Source of the DNA: a virus
Virus record (IMG/VR): IMGVR_UViG_3300024999_000002
Length of the DNA stretch: 64,000 nt
Strand: one strand, 5' to 3'
The position numbers were made by a program, and so were the translations under genes. The notes below the pieces were generated by a model. It made no database searches and had not been told where the DNA came from. It worked only from the letters and a program-made list of their open reading frames with translations. Within the stretch, counting starts at the first letter, position 1; each line of letters opens with the position of its first letter. This document shows positions 1-6,929 of the stretch, one piece after another.

Positions 1-33
1 AGAAATAAAAATCTCAGTCGGTTAGGTGAGAAG

Positions 34-79
34 AAAACCCTTGGCCTATACTCTGGTATTAGAGTGGCCTTGGGTTTTT
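34..79 (+). terminator. Long imperfect hairpin ending in a T-run (terminator-like) upstream of the tRNA region
   Basis: Nested stems AAAACCC(34-40)/GGGTTTT(72-78), GGCC(43-46)/GGCC(66-69), ACTCT(50-54)/AGAGT(61-65); T-run 75-79. Confidence 0.3.
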
Positions 80-84
80 GATAT

Positions 85-118
85 TGCTCCATAGCTCAGC
101 TGGACAGAGCGACAGATT
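85..118 (+). tRNA. 5' half of a split tRNA (acceptor 5' strand, full D-arm, anticodon-stem 5' strand, first loop bases)
   Basis: TGCTCCA-TA-GCTC-AGCTGGACA-GAGC-G-ACAGA-TT. Acceptor and anticodon-stem strands pair perfectly with 650-689 (7/7 bp including one G-U, and 5/5 bp), not with adjacent sequence. Confidence 0.7.
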
Positions 119-123
119 TACAA

Positions 124-155
124 TTTGGAAGTCTCAATAATTAATATTATATTTG
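124..155 (+). promoter_or_regulatory. Bacteroidota-type sigma-A promoter (-33 TTTG / -7 TAnnTTTG) for the endonuclease ORF
   Basis: TTTG(124-127)-N20-TATATTTG(148-155), 16 nt upstream of ATG 172. Confidence 0.55.
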
Positions 156-171
156 TCTAAAATTTTGCAAT

Positions 172-582
172 ATGCAACATCATACGAAAGACAAAGGAGA
201 CACTGGAGTTGGCTTTGTAATAGCAGACTTAATGAGTAAAAATATACAAGTATGTATCCCAATTTCTGAACATCAACCTTATGATTTGGTTGGTATAAGA
301 AGTAATGGAACTACAATTAAAATATCCGTAAAATATAGAAAAGCTTCAGAAGGAACCGTAGATATACAATTTAAAAGTGTATATTCAGATTCTAGAGGAA
401 GTCATTCGGAATTTACAGATAAATCTTGTATAGATTTAATGGCAATTTATTGCCCAGATACTCAAAAAGTTTACTATATAAATCCTTCCAACTTCAATTT
501 GGCGGTATCCTTAAGGATATCCCCAACCAAAAATAACCAAACCAAAGGTATTCTTTTTGCAGACAGTTATTTAATCCCATAG
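172..582 (+). CDS. PD-(D/E)XK-type homing endonuclease (family known from a cyanobacterial tRNA intron, I-Ssp6803I-like)
   Basis: N-terminal KGDTGVGFVIADLMSKNIQVCIPISEHQPYDLVG...IKISVKY matches the KGD...YDL...xVK pattern of this family. Lies inside a tRNA gene. Confidence 0.6.
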   Translation: MQHHTKDKGDTGVGFVIADLMSKNIQVCIPISEHQPYDLVGIRSNGTTIKISVKYRKASEGTVDIQFKSVYSDSRGSHSEFTDKSCIDLMAIYCPDTQKVYYINPSNFNLAVSLRISPTKNNQTKGILFADSYLIP

Positions 583-644
583 TTCAACGAACAGAACGAA
601 AGTTTTCTAAACTTTAAATCTAGGTTTGATTCCTAGTGGGGTTA
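573..644 (+). tRNA. tRNA-Arg(UCU)-like cloverleaf, 72 nt, with non-canonical D and T loops
   Basis: AATCCCA-TA-GTTC-AACGAACA-GAAC-G-AAAGT-TTTCTAA-ACTTT-AAAT-CTAGG-TTTGATT-CCTAG-TGGGGTT-A. All four stems pair fully (one G-U), with U33 and A37 present. D loop lacks GG and T loop is TTTGATT (no C56). Overlaps the ORF stop by 10 nt. Confidence 0.6.
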
Positions 645-649
645 CTATG

Positions 650-689
650 TTTAATCTGTAGGTCGGGGGTTCGAGCCCCTCTGGAGTAA
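650..689 (+). tRNA. 3' half of the split tRNA (loop 3' bases, anticodon-stem 3' strand, variable loop, T-arm, acceptor 3' strand, discriminator A)
   Basis: TTTAA-TCTGT-AGGTC-GGGGG-TTCGAGC-CCCTC-TGGAGTA-A, with a canonical T-loop. Joining 118 to 650 gives loop TTTTTAA (anticodon UUU, Lys). Other junctions would give UAC (Val) or UAU (Ile). Confidence 0.7.
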
Positions 690-709
690 CAAAACTAAAT
701 TTAAATTTT

Positions 710-967
710 ATGAAGAAAGTATGGATTGCTTTTATAATAGCTGTAATATTAATAACAGTTATGATGATAAAATGTAACGCTGACCTTGATAAGTTGAATA
801 ATACAATACAAGAAAAAAATCAGCTTATAGGACAAAGAATTGTAATAGGTAAAGATACTGCTGTAATAACAGCTTATTCACTATTAAATGACACTTATAT
901 GACTAGTAAAGGTATAGAAATATCAAGTCAATTCGTGGATAAAACTTTAATAATCACAAATAAATAA
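710..967 (+). CDS. Small membrane-anchored or secreted hypothetical protein
   Basis: N-terminal hydrophobic segment VWIAFIIAVILITVMMI; fits the tight gene packing. Confidence 0.55.
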   Translation: MKKVWIAFIIAVILITVMMIKCNADLDKLNNTIQEKNQLIGQRIVIGKDTAVITAYSLLNDTYMTSKGIEISSQFVDKTLIITNK

Positions 968-979
968 CAAAAAACAATT

Positions 980-1324
980 ATGAGTAAATTTGTAAAGAAC
1001 CTTGTTAAAGATTCCAAGGGAATCAAAGAACAAAGAGCAGTGATCCTTGCTAACGAAGCAAAGAATGCGCAAGAAGATTTAACCAGAAGACTCATCAGAG
1101 AGATGGATATTCTTAAGGTTAAAATGTTAAACCTTGAAGATATGTCACCTGAGAATGATTATTCTCTACGTCCTGGTGGAAAAGGCTTCAATGCTGCAAC
1201 TTGGGTAGCAGAAGTTCAAGCTACTAAAGTAGCTATCTTGAACAAAGAAGTTGAACTTAAATTAGCTCTCGCAACTACTGAAGAGTGGTTTGCTGAAGAA
1301 ACCGAAAAAAAGGCTAAAGCTTAA
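980..1324 (+). CDS. Hypothetical protein (charged, helical)
   Basis: ORF in a co-directional array; 3-nt gap to the next start. Confidence 0.55.
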   Translation: MSKFVKNLVKDSKGIKEQRAVILANEAKNAQEDLTRRLIREMDILKVKMLNLEDMSPENDYSLRPGGKGFNAATWVAEVQATKVAILNKEVELKLALATTEEWFAEETEKKAKA

Positions 1325-1326
1325 TT

Positions 1327-1959
1327 ATGAGCCGTAAAAGAGTATATTTCTCAAAGTCTAATGAGTGTGATCCTAATGATGCGCGAGCAGTACATGAGAT
1401 TCTCAACTCATTAGATATTGAGGTAGTAGAATTTAAAGGGGGAAAGTATGATCCAGCCATCGTTGATGATTGCGAGTACATACTCTTTTTGCCTCCTAAG
1501 AATTCTTTAAATCCAGGTACTGAAGGTAGTGGTGAATCTACCTATGATATAGGTAAAGGCCAGTATGATCAATTTGAGAGATTTCTTAATAGTGATCATG
1601 AGGATAATACATATATAGTCTCAGGTATTTGTGGTAACACTATACTAGTAGATTATATTGATACCTATGAAGAACATGAATCAGAAGATCAGAGTTGGGG
1701 TAACTATTATGGATATTTTGAAACTGATCAAGCAATGAAAGATTTCAGAGTTCATCTTGGTATGGCCGAAGATGTTAAATCTGAAGTTACCTATGATTTA
1801 AGTGATGATTTTGAAACAATGGTTGCTCAAATGGAAAAAGAACTCGTAAGAGTAGCACCAGCATCACCTAAACCAGCAATGGTATGGATGGGTACAAGAT
1901 CACTTCAACTAGAAGAAGGCCCTATGCTTGCAGCAGCAGCATATCTAGGCTTAATTTAA
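1327..1959 (+). CDS. Hypothetical protein
   Basis: 210-aa ORF; no motif I can name. Confidence 0.55.
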   Translation: MSRKRVYFSKSNECDPNDARAVHEILNSLDIEVVEFKGGKYDPAIVDDCEYILFLPPKNSLNPGTEGSGESTYDIGKGQYDQFERFLNSDHEDNTYIVSGICGNTILVDYIDTYEEHESEDQSWGNYYGYFETDQAMKDFRVHLGMAEDVKSEVTYDLSDDFETMVAQMEKELVRVAPASPKPAMVWMGTRSLQLEEGPMLAAAAYLGLI

Positions 1960-1960
1960 T

Positions 1961-1991
1961 TTTGGAAGTAAGTTTACTTCATATATTTTTA
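1961..1991 (+). promoter_or_regulatory. Possible host-type promoter upstream of the 2027 ORF
   Basis: TTTG(1961-1964)-N19-TATTTTTA(1984-1991); imperfect -7 box. Confidence 0.3.
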
Positions 1992-2026
1992 CATTTTTTA
2001 TTAATTACATTTTAACAATTACAATC

Positions 2027-2404
2027 ATGACAAAATTTAATGGAATGATCGTTGCCGCAGTGAACCCTTTCACACAAGGCAAGAATGACAAAAACGGAAA
2101 AGCTCCAGTTATTTTAAACGTAGTAGCAGGTAATTTCCCAAACCGTAACGTAGTAAGTGGCACAGTCGCTGAAAACATCGGTCTTGAAAAGGGTAAAACT
2201 TACTTACTTTCAGTGAGAGAAGGTGAGCCTGATGCAAAGTATGGCAGACAATTCGTGTATTCTAAGCTTAAGGAACTTACAGCTGAAGAAATCATGAAAG
2301 CCCCTGCAATGCTTGGTGAAGCAAACATCTTTAATGTAGAAGCTTCAACAACTGCTGAAGTTCATGCAAACAAAGAGTTTGAGAACATTGAAAGAAAAGG
2401 TTAA
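2027..2404 (+). CDS. Hypothetical small protein flanked by a promoter-like site and a terminator
   Basis: 125-aa ORF with its own upstream spacer and a strong downstream hairpin. Confidence 0.6.
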   Translation: MTKFNGMIVAAVNPFTQGKNDKNGKAPVILNVVAGNFPNRNVVSGTVAENIGLEKGKTYLLSVREGEPDAKYGRQFVYSKLKELTAEEIMKAPAMLGEANIFNVEASTTAEVHANKEFENIERKG

Positions 2405-2422
2405 TAAACCTTAAATAACTAA

Positions 2423-2480
2423 CCCTACATAAGCACAAGAAATAGTACATTTACTACTTTCTTTCTTGTGTAGGGTTTTT
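2423..2480 (+). terminator. Rho-independent terminator
   Basis: CCCTACA...CACAAGAAA / TTTCTTGTG..TAGGG stem followed by TTTTT (2476-2480). Confidence 0.6.
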
Positions 2481-2523
2481 ATTTTTCCTGTTTTAAAAGA
2501 AACAATTAATAATTAAAAAAAAT

Positions 2524-3699
2524 ATGATCTTTTTTGTATCAAAACAGAAAAGAGTTTTTGCTGATACAATACAAGAAAGAACAATACAAGACTGTCTAGC
2601 ATATTTTGAGAACATTAATGAAATTGCCGTAGATACGGAAACTCAAGGGTTCGACCCACATACAAAGAATGTCCTATCAATCCAGATAGGACATTTTGAA
2701 AATCAGTTTGTGGTTGACTGTACAACAGTTAATATAGCACAACTGAAACCTTTATTAGAAAATGAAAATAAAGTATTCTTATTTCACAATGCAAAGTTTG
2801 ATTTAAAATTCCTTTATAAGCATAACATATACCCTAAGAAAGTATATGATACGTTTTTAGCAGAGTGTATTCTTACAACTGGATGGGAAGAAAGAGAACT
2901 TTCATTAAAATGGGTAGCTCACAAGTATTGTGGGGTTACTCTGGACAAATCAATACGTGGTACTATACACATAGAAGGATTAACTGATAGAGTTATAGTC
3001 TATGGTGCAGATGATGTAAAGTATTTACCACTTATTAAGGAAAAACAATTAGTGCAAATAGAACACTTCAATTTACATAACCTGTTAAGGCTTGAAAATG
3101 AAGTTGTAAAAGTATTTGCAAGAATGGAGTTCAATGGAGCTCCGTTGAATAAAGTGAAATGGCAAGAAGTATCTGAGCAAGTTGAAACTAATGTCAAGGC
3201 ACTTGAAGAACAAATGGATGCCCTTATTTATACTCATGGAATAAAAGATTTACCTAAAGCAAATGTACTCACTAAATATTGTGAGATATATAAGCAAGGT
3301 AATATGTTCTTTGATGATAAACAAAGAGATTGTAATATCAATTGGAGCTCACCAGCACAGAAAACTAAATTATTACAAGACTTAGGTCTTAAAGTTACTT
3401 CAGTTGATGATAAAACATTACAGAAATTAAAAACACAACATCCAATTGTACCTTTATTAATTACATATTCAAAACAAAATAAATTAGCAACATCCTTTGG
3501 TAAAGATTTTCTTAAATTTGTTAATCCTGTAACTGGTAGAGTACATGGCAATGTCTGGCAAGTGCTTTCAACCGGCAGGATAAGTATCTCAGAACCAAAC
3601 ATTAACCAGATTCCGAGTCATGGACCTTTGGCAAAACTAATTCGAGCGTCTTTTGAAGCTCCGAAAGGTTATAAATTTGTTGGAGGTGATTATAGTGGT
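2524..3699 (+). CDS. Family A DNA polymerase, exon 1 (3'-5' exonuclease domain and N-terminal polymerase up to motif A ...GGDYSG)
   Basis: Exo motifs AVDTETQG and FHNAKFDLKF. Sequence ends at DYSG, the first half of motif A (compare T7 DASGLELR). Downstream residues RKNKLNFIW... look non-coding. Confidence 0.85.
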
Positions 3700-3721
3700 A
3701 GAAAAAATAAATTGAATTTTA

Positions 3722-3753
3722 TTTGGATTATAGAGTATTTATTCTTATATTTA
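3722..3753 (+). promoter_or_regulatory. Host-type promoter for the intron ORF
   Basis: TTTG(3722-3725)-N20-TATATTTA(3746-3753), 19 nt before ATG 3773. Confidence 0.45.
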
Positions 3754-3772
3754 CAAATAAAATTAATAAATT

Positions 3773-4561
3773 ATGTATTTTAATGAAAAGAAAATAATTG
3801 AAGACTATTTAAATGGTAAAAATACTAAGCAAATAGCAATTGAACTTAATACCTACAACACATCAGTTAGACGCGTATTGCTGCGTAATAATATTAGATT
3901 AAGAAGTCAATCAGAGGCACAAGTTAAAACTGTGAATAACTTTTTAGATTTGTCTAATGAAAATGTGCAATATTGGCTTGGATTCCTTGCTGCTGATGGT
4001 ACTGTGGGTAAAAAAGATTTTTTAGTCTCTCTAGAACTTCAAAGAAAAGATTTAAATCATTTACTTAAATATTGTAATTTTATAGGAATATCTTATAAAA
4101 CTATAAAATACCCTAAATATAACACAGTAGGATATAGGGCTAATTTTCGTAATAAAGAAGTAAATTTATATTTAAAGGCGCTAGGAATTACTGATAATAA
4201 AAGTAAAACTATTAAAATAAATTTTAATTTTAATAGACATTTTATTAGAGGAGTTTTTGATGGTGATGGATATGCTAGACTTCTTTCCGAAAAAAGAGGA
4301 GCCTATGAAATAGCTACTATGAGTTTAGATTTTAAAAATCAATTATCAACTTTTTTTAATAATAATAGTATTAAACATACTGTAACTTTACGAAAAGATG
4401 GAATATTTCTAATAGGAATATATACCCAAAATGAAGTGAAAAAATTTTATAACATAATTTATGATAATGCTACAGTATTTCTTGAAAGAAAGAAAGCTGT
4501 TATATGCCCTCTATATGAAGAAATTCAATTAGATGCAAAACTTTCAAATTCGGTGAACTAA
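3773..4561 (+). CDS. Double-motif LAGLIDADG homing endonuclease with N-terminal HTH
   Basis: YWLGFLAADGTV and FIRGVFDGDGYA motifs; paralog of the 22356-23147 ORF. Confidence 0.85.
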   Translation: MYFNEKKIIEDYLNGKNTKQIAIELNTYNTSVRRVLLRNNIRLRSQSEAQVKTVNNFLDLSNENVQYWLGFLAADGTVGKKDFLVSLELQRKDLNHLLKYCNFIGISYKTIKYPKYNTVGYRANFRNKEVNLYLKALGITDNKSKTIKINFNFNRHFIRGVFDGDGYARLLSEKRGAYEIATMSLDFKNQLSTFFNNNSIKHTVTLRKDGIFLIGIYTQNEVKKFYNIIYDNATVFLERKKAVICPLYEEIQLDAKLSNSVN

Positions 4562-4682
4562 GCATGAGAATACCGAGCCAAGACATTAGAAATAATGTAA
4601 GGTGTACAGACTAGACGGAAGTTACCTAAGTACATATAGTGTATAAGGTTAAGGTATAGTCGAAACAGAACAAAACTGTTTG

Positions 4683-5390
4683 ATGGAGTTAAGAATTATA
4701 GCAGAATTTAGTCAAGATCCTTTATGGCTTGAAGTATTCAAAAGAGGTGGAGATTTGCACTCCGAATTATGTGCAGCTACCTTTAAAATACCATTGAGTG
4801 ATGTTAAAACACCTTTCCCACCTAAGCCAAGTTTTACATACAGAGATGTACAGAAGACGGTCGACTTTGGGTTAGCCTTCGGAATGTCAGAATTTAAATT
4901 ATCTGATACAATACAAGTTCCGGTAGATAAAGCCAAACAGATCATCAAAGACTTCTTTAAAATTGTTCCAAAAGTGGAACAGTTCTTAAATAAGTTAGGT
5001 GAATTAGGTAAGGCAAGAGGTTTTATAGCCACTCCAGAACCTATGAAAAGAATTCGTTGGTTTCAACAATGGGAACATGCAGTAGAAACTAAAGATTTTA
5101 GAGTAATGGGGGAAATTGAAAGACAATCAAAAAATTTCCCAATACAATCAACGAACGCTAATATTACTAAGCTGGCCATGTGCAACTTACAATACCTCAT
5201 TGATAAAGATAATTTACCTGTACAAATTGTAATGCAGGTATATGATGAACTTCAATGTATTGTTAAAGAAGAATTTGCAGAAGAATGGAAAGTAATCTTA
5301 GAACAAGAGATGATTAAAGCAGCACAAATAATAATAAAAACAATCCCAGTAGAGGTAGATTGCAAAATTTCCTCGCATTGGCAAAAATAA
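4683..5390 (+). CDS. Family A DNA polymerase, exon 2 (second half of motif A, motifs B and C)
   Basis: MELRIIAEFSQD; RDVQKTVDFGLAFGMS (motif B); QVYDELQ (motif C). Confidence 0.85.
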   Translation: MELRIIAEFSQDPLWLEVFKRGGDLHSELCAATFKIPLSDVKTPFPPKPSFTYRDVQKTVDFGLAFGMSEFKLSDTIQVPVDKAKQIIKDFFKIVPKVEQFLNKLGELGKARGFIATPEPMKRIRWFQQWEHAVETKDFRVMGEIERQSKNFPIQSTNANITKLAMCNLQYLIDKDNLPVQIVMQVYDELQCIVKEEFAEEWKVILEQEMIKAAQIIIKTIPVEVDCKISSHWQK

Positions 5391-5397
5391 TAAACAC

Positions 5398-5772
5398 ATG
5401 GAAGAAACTTTTATAAAACCAGAAACAGCAAAACTTGCTAAGTTAAAAGGATTTGACTGGCCTGTACATCATTATTATCAAGGTGAACATGCAGAAGTTC
5501 AAATATGTGTTCCTGTTTATAATAGGAATCATTTTAAAAACCTTTATTCAGCGCCAACACAAAGTTTATTACAGAAGTGGATAAGAGAAAAGCATGGTAT
5601 AAATGTATTAGTATATACCGATGATACCTTATCTTTCTTTTGGCAAATTCAATCAGCACATCCAGCAGCAAGTTACTTAGGTAATACCTTATATAGCAAT
5701 AATGTTTGGTGTGGTAATTATGAAGATTGTCTTGAAGATGGGTTATTAACAATACTTAAACTCATACCATAA
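5398..5772 (+). CDS. Hypothetical protein, member 1 of a tandem paralog pair
   Basis: Shares ETAKLAKLKGF and SLLQKWIREKH with the next ORF. Confidence 0.6.
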   Translation: MEETFIKPETAKLAKLKGFDWPVHHYYQGEHAEVQICVPVYNRNHFKNLYSAPTQSLLQKWIREKHGINVLVYTDDTLSFFWQIQSAHPAASYLGNTLYSNNVWCGNYEDCLEDGLLTILKLIP

Positions 5773-6161
5773 TGGAAGACACACTAATATCATTTGAAAC
5801 AGCTAAATCAGCTAAAGAAAAAGGATTTACAGAAGGAGACCATAAAACAATTTATACAGAACTTGGAAATATAATGTATGATGAAGATGGTTATTCTCCA
5901 GAAGTTTATTTATTAGCTCCAAGTCAGAACTTACTTCAAAAATGGTTAAGAGAAGTTCATAAATACCACATAACAATAAATATCAAGTATGATCACTCTA
6001 CTGAAAGTGTCTCTGGATTTATTATTAAAATATTCAACTTAAATCAACAATTCCCTTATATTTGGTATTGTGACTTACATTTATTAGAAGATGGATTATA
6101 TCAAACTTATGAAGAAGCCTTAGAAGTTGGATTACAAGAAGCGCTTAAATTAATTAAATAA
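5772..6161 (+). CDS. Hypothetical protein, member 2 of a tandem paralog pair
   Basis: ETAKSAKEKGF, NLLQKWLREVH and C-terminal EDGL...LKLI align with 5398-5772. Confidence 0.6.
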   Translation: MEDTLISFETAKSAKEKGFTEGDHKTIYTELGNIMYDEDGYSPEVYLLAPSQNLLQKWLREVHKYHITINIKYDHSTESVSGFIIKIFNLNQQFPYIWYCDLHLLEDGLYQTYEEALEVGLQEALKLIK

Positions 6162-6460
6162 TGACAAACTACAAACACGAAACAAAAGGAGTTATAATCT
6201 CAGCTAGGGATTATGATAAGCTACCTTACAGTGAAAAGAGAAAATATTTTACTACCTACCGTGAACCTACACATAAGTTTAGTGATGGTGAAGAAAGTGG
6301 AATAGATCTTTTAGACATTGTTACAGGAGTAGCGGTAATATCAAGTTTATTTGATAATGACTCTAGTTCTTCTTTCGACAGTTCATCAGATTCTTCATCA
6401 CCATTTGATGGTGGAGGTGGAGGTGACTTTGGAGGTGGAGGAGCAGGAGGAGATTGGTAA
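6161..6460 (+). CDS. Small protein with a Ser/Gly-rich C-terminal tail ending in W
   Basis: Tail is SSSSFDSSSDSSSPFDGGGGGDFGGGGAGGDW. Confidence 0.5.
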   Translation: MTNYKHETKGVIISARDYDKLPYSEKRKYFTTYREPTHKFSDGEESGIDLLDIVTGVAVISSLFDNDSSSSFDSSSDSSSPFDGGGGGDFGGGGAGGDW

Positions 6461-6464
6461 AAAC

Positions 6465-6929
6465 ATGGAAGAAGCTATAAGATATTTAGCGACTCTAAAA
6501 ATTAATCAATGGCATAACATTAATGATTCTCCTGCTAAAATCAGGGACAATGTATGGGAAGCTATTGAACAAGGTTTACTAGATGGCTATAGATTCATGA
6601 TGCATGAGTCTATAGACTATTTAGTAATGAAGACCCGGAATGCAGAGGATGCAGACCTAAAGATGACTCTAGCACAGATTGAACGAGACTATCAAAGTAT
6701 TGATTGGTTATGGTGCAAATTTGCAGAAGAAGGACACATAATGGAGATTACAGGAGGATCAGATCCAAATGCTTCACAAAGAAGTACGATTAAGTCAACC
6801 AGTGATCCTATATTTAAAGAATTAGTAGGCAAATCCTTAATAGATGTTGAAGTACTTAACTTCTTATATAGGAATTGCAAGACAATTAAAATAGTTTACA
6901 CAAGAAAAGAAGATGAGCCAAAACTTTAA
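6465..6929 (+). CDS. Hypothetical protein (start moved to the internal ATG)
   Basis: ATG 6465 follows the stop of the previous gene. The upstream 38 codons of the tracked ORF overlap 6161-6460 out of frame. Confidence 0.5.
   Translation: MEEAIRYLATLKINQWHNINDSPAKIRDNVWEAIEQGLLDGYRFMMHESIDYLVMKTRNAEDADLKMTLAQIERDYQSIDWLWCKFAEEGHIMEITGGSDPNASQRSTIKSTSDPIFKELVGKSLIDVEVLNFLYRNCKTIKIVYTRKEDEPKL

Larger units (their letters stand above)
119..649 (+). mobile_element. 531-nt insertion in the anticodon loop of the split tRNA; carries a promoter, a PD-(D/E)XK endonuclease ORF and a tRNA-Arg-like gene
   Basis: Bounded by the two complementary tRNA halves. 5' flank ends in T118 and the insert ends in G649 (group I-like U/G boundaries), but I see no group I core motifs like those in the other two introns. 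Boundaries are ambiguous within the T-runs. Confidence 0.55.
3700..4682 (+). mobile_element. Group I intron in the DNA polymerase gene, carrying a LAGLIDADG ORF
   Basis: 5' exon ends in T3699 and the intron ends in G4682. Core motifs GAGCCAAG(4575-4582), hairpin ACATT/AATGT and AAGGTGTACAGACTAGACGG(4599-4618) with ...AGTCG downstream resemble the bacterial tRNA-Leu group I intron core. Splicing restores DYSG|MELRIIAEF. Confidence 0.8.

Noticed and set aside
1-84. tRNA-like D-loop string CTCAGTCGGTTAG at the window start, possibly a type II tRNA with a long variable arm
   Set aside because: There is no T-loop (GTTCRANYC) or matching acceptor strand. The region folds better as one long hairpin ending in a T-run.
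85-160. Contiguous tRNA-Val(UAC): 85-123 reads as acceptor, D-arm and anticodon arm with the complete loop TTTACAA
   Set aside because: Downstream sequence gives only a poor anticodon stem (ACAGA/TTTGG with an A-G mismatch), no T-arm (TCAAT/ATTAT does not pair, and the loop AATTAAT is not TTCRANN) and no acceptor 3' strand. The true partners lie at 650-689.
1965-1980. Hairpin GAAGTAA-GT-TTACTTC as a terminator after ORF 1327-1959
   Set aside because: A two-nucleotide loop is sterically poor and the stem is AT-rich. The element coincides with the spacer of a possible TTTG-N19-TAnnTTTA promoter.
3700-3783. C-terminal 27 residues of tracked ORF 2524-3783 (RKNKLNFIWIIEYLFLYLQIKLINYVF)
   Set aside because: This is read-through into intron sequence. 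The polymerase motif A continues at 4683, and this stretch contains the promoter of the intron ORF.
6351-6464. N-terminal extension of ORF 6351-6929 overlapping 6161-6460; possible programmed frameshift
   Set aside because: The overlap lies on the repetitive Ser/Gly-coding DNA, which is open in several frames. There is no slippery site, and a clean ATG at 6465 follows the upstream stop.
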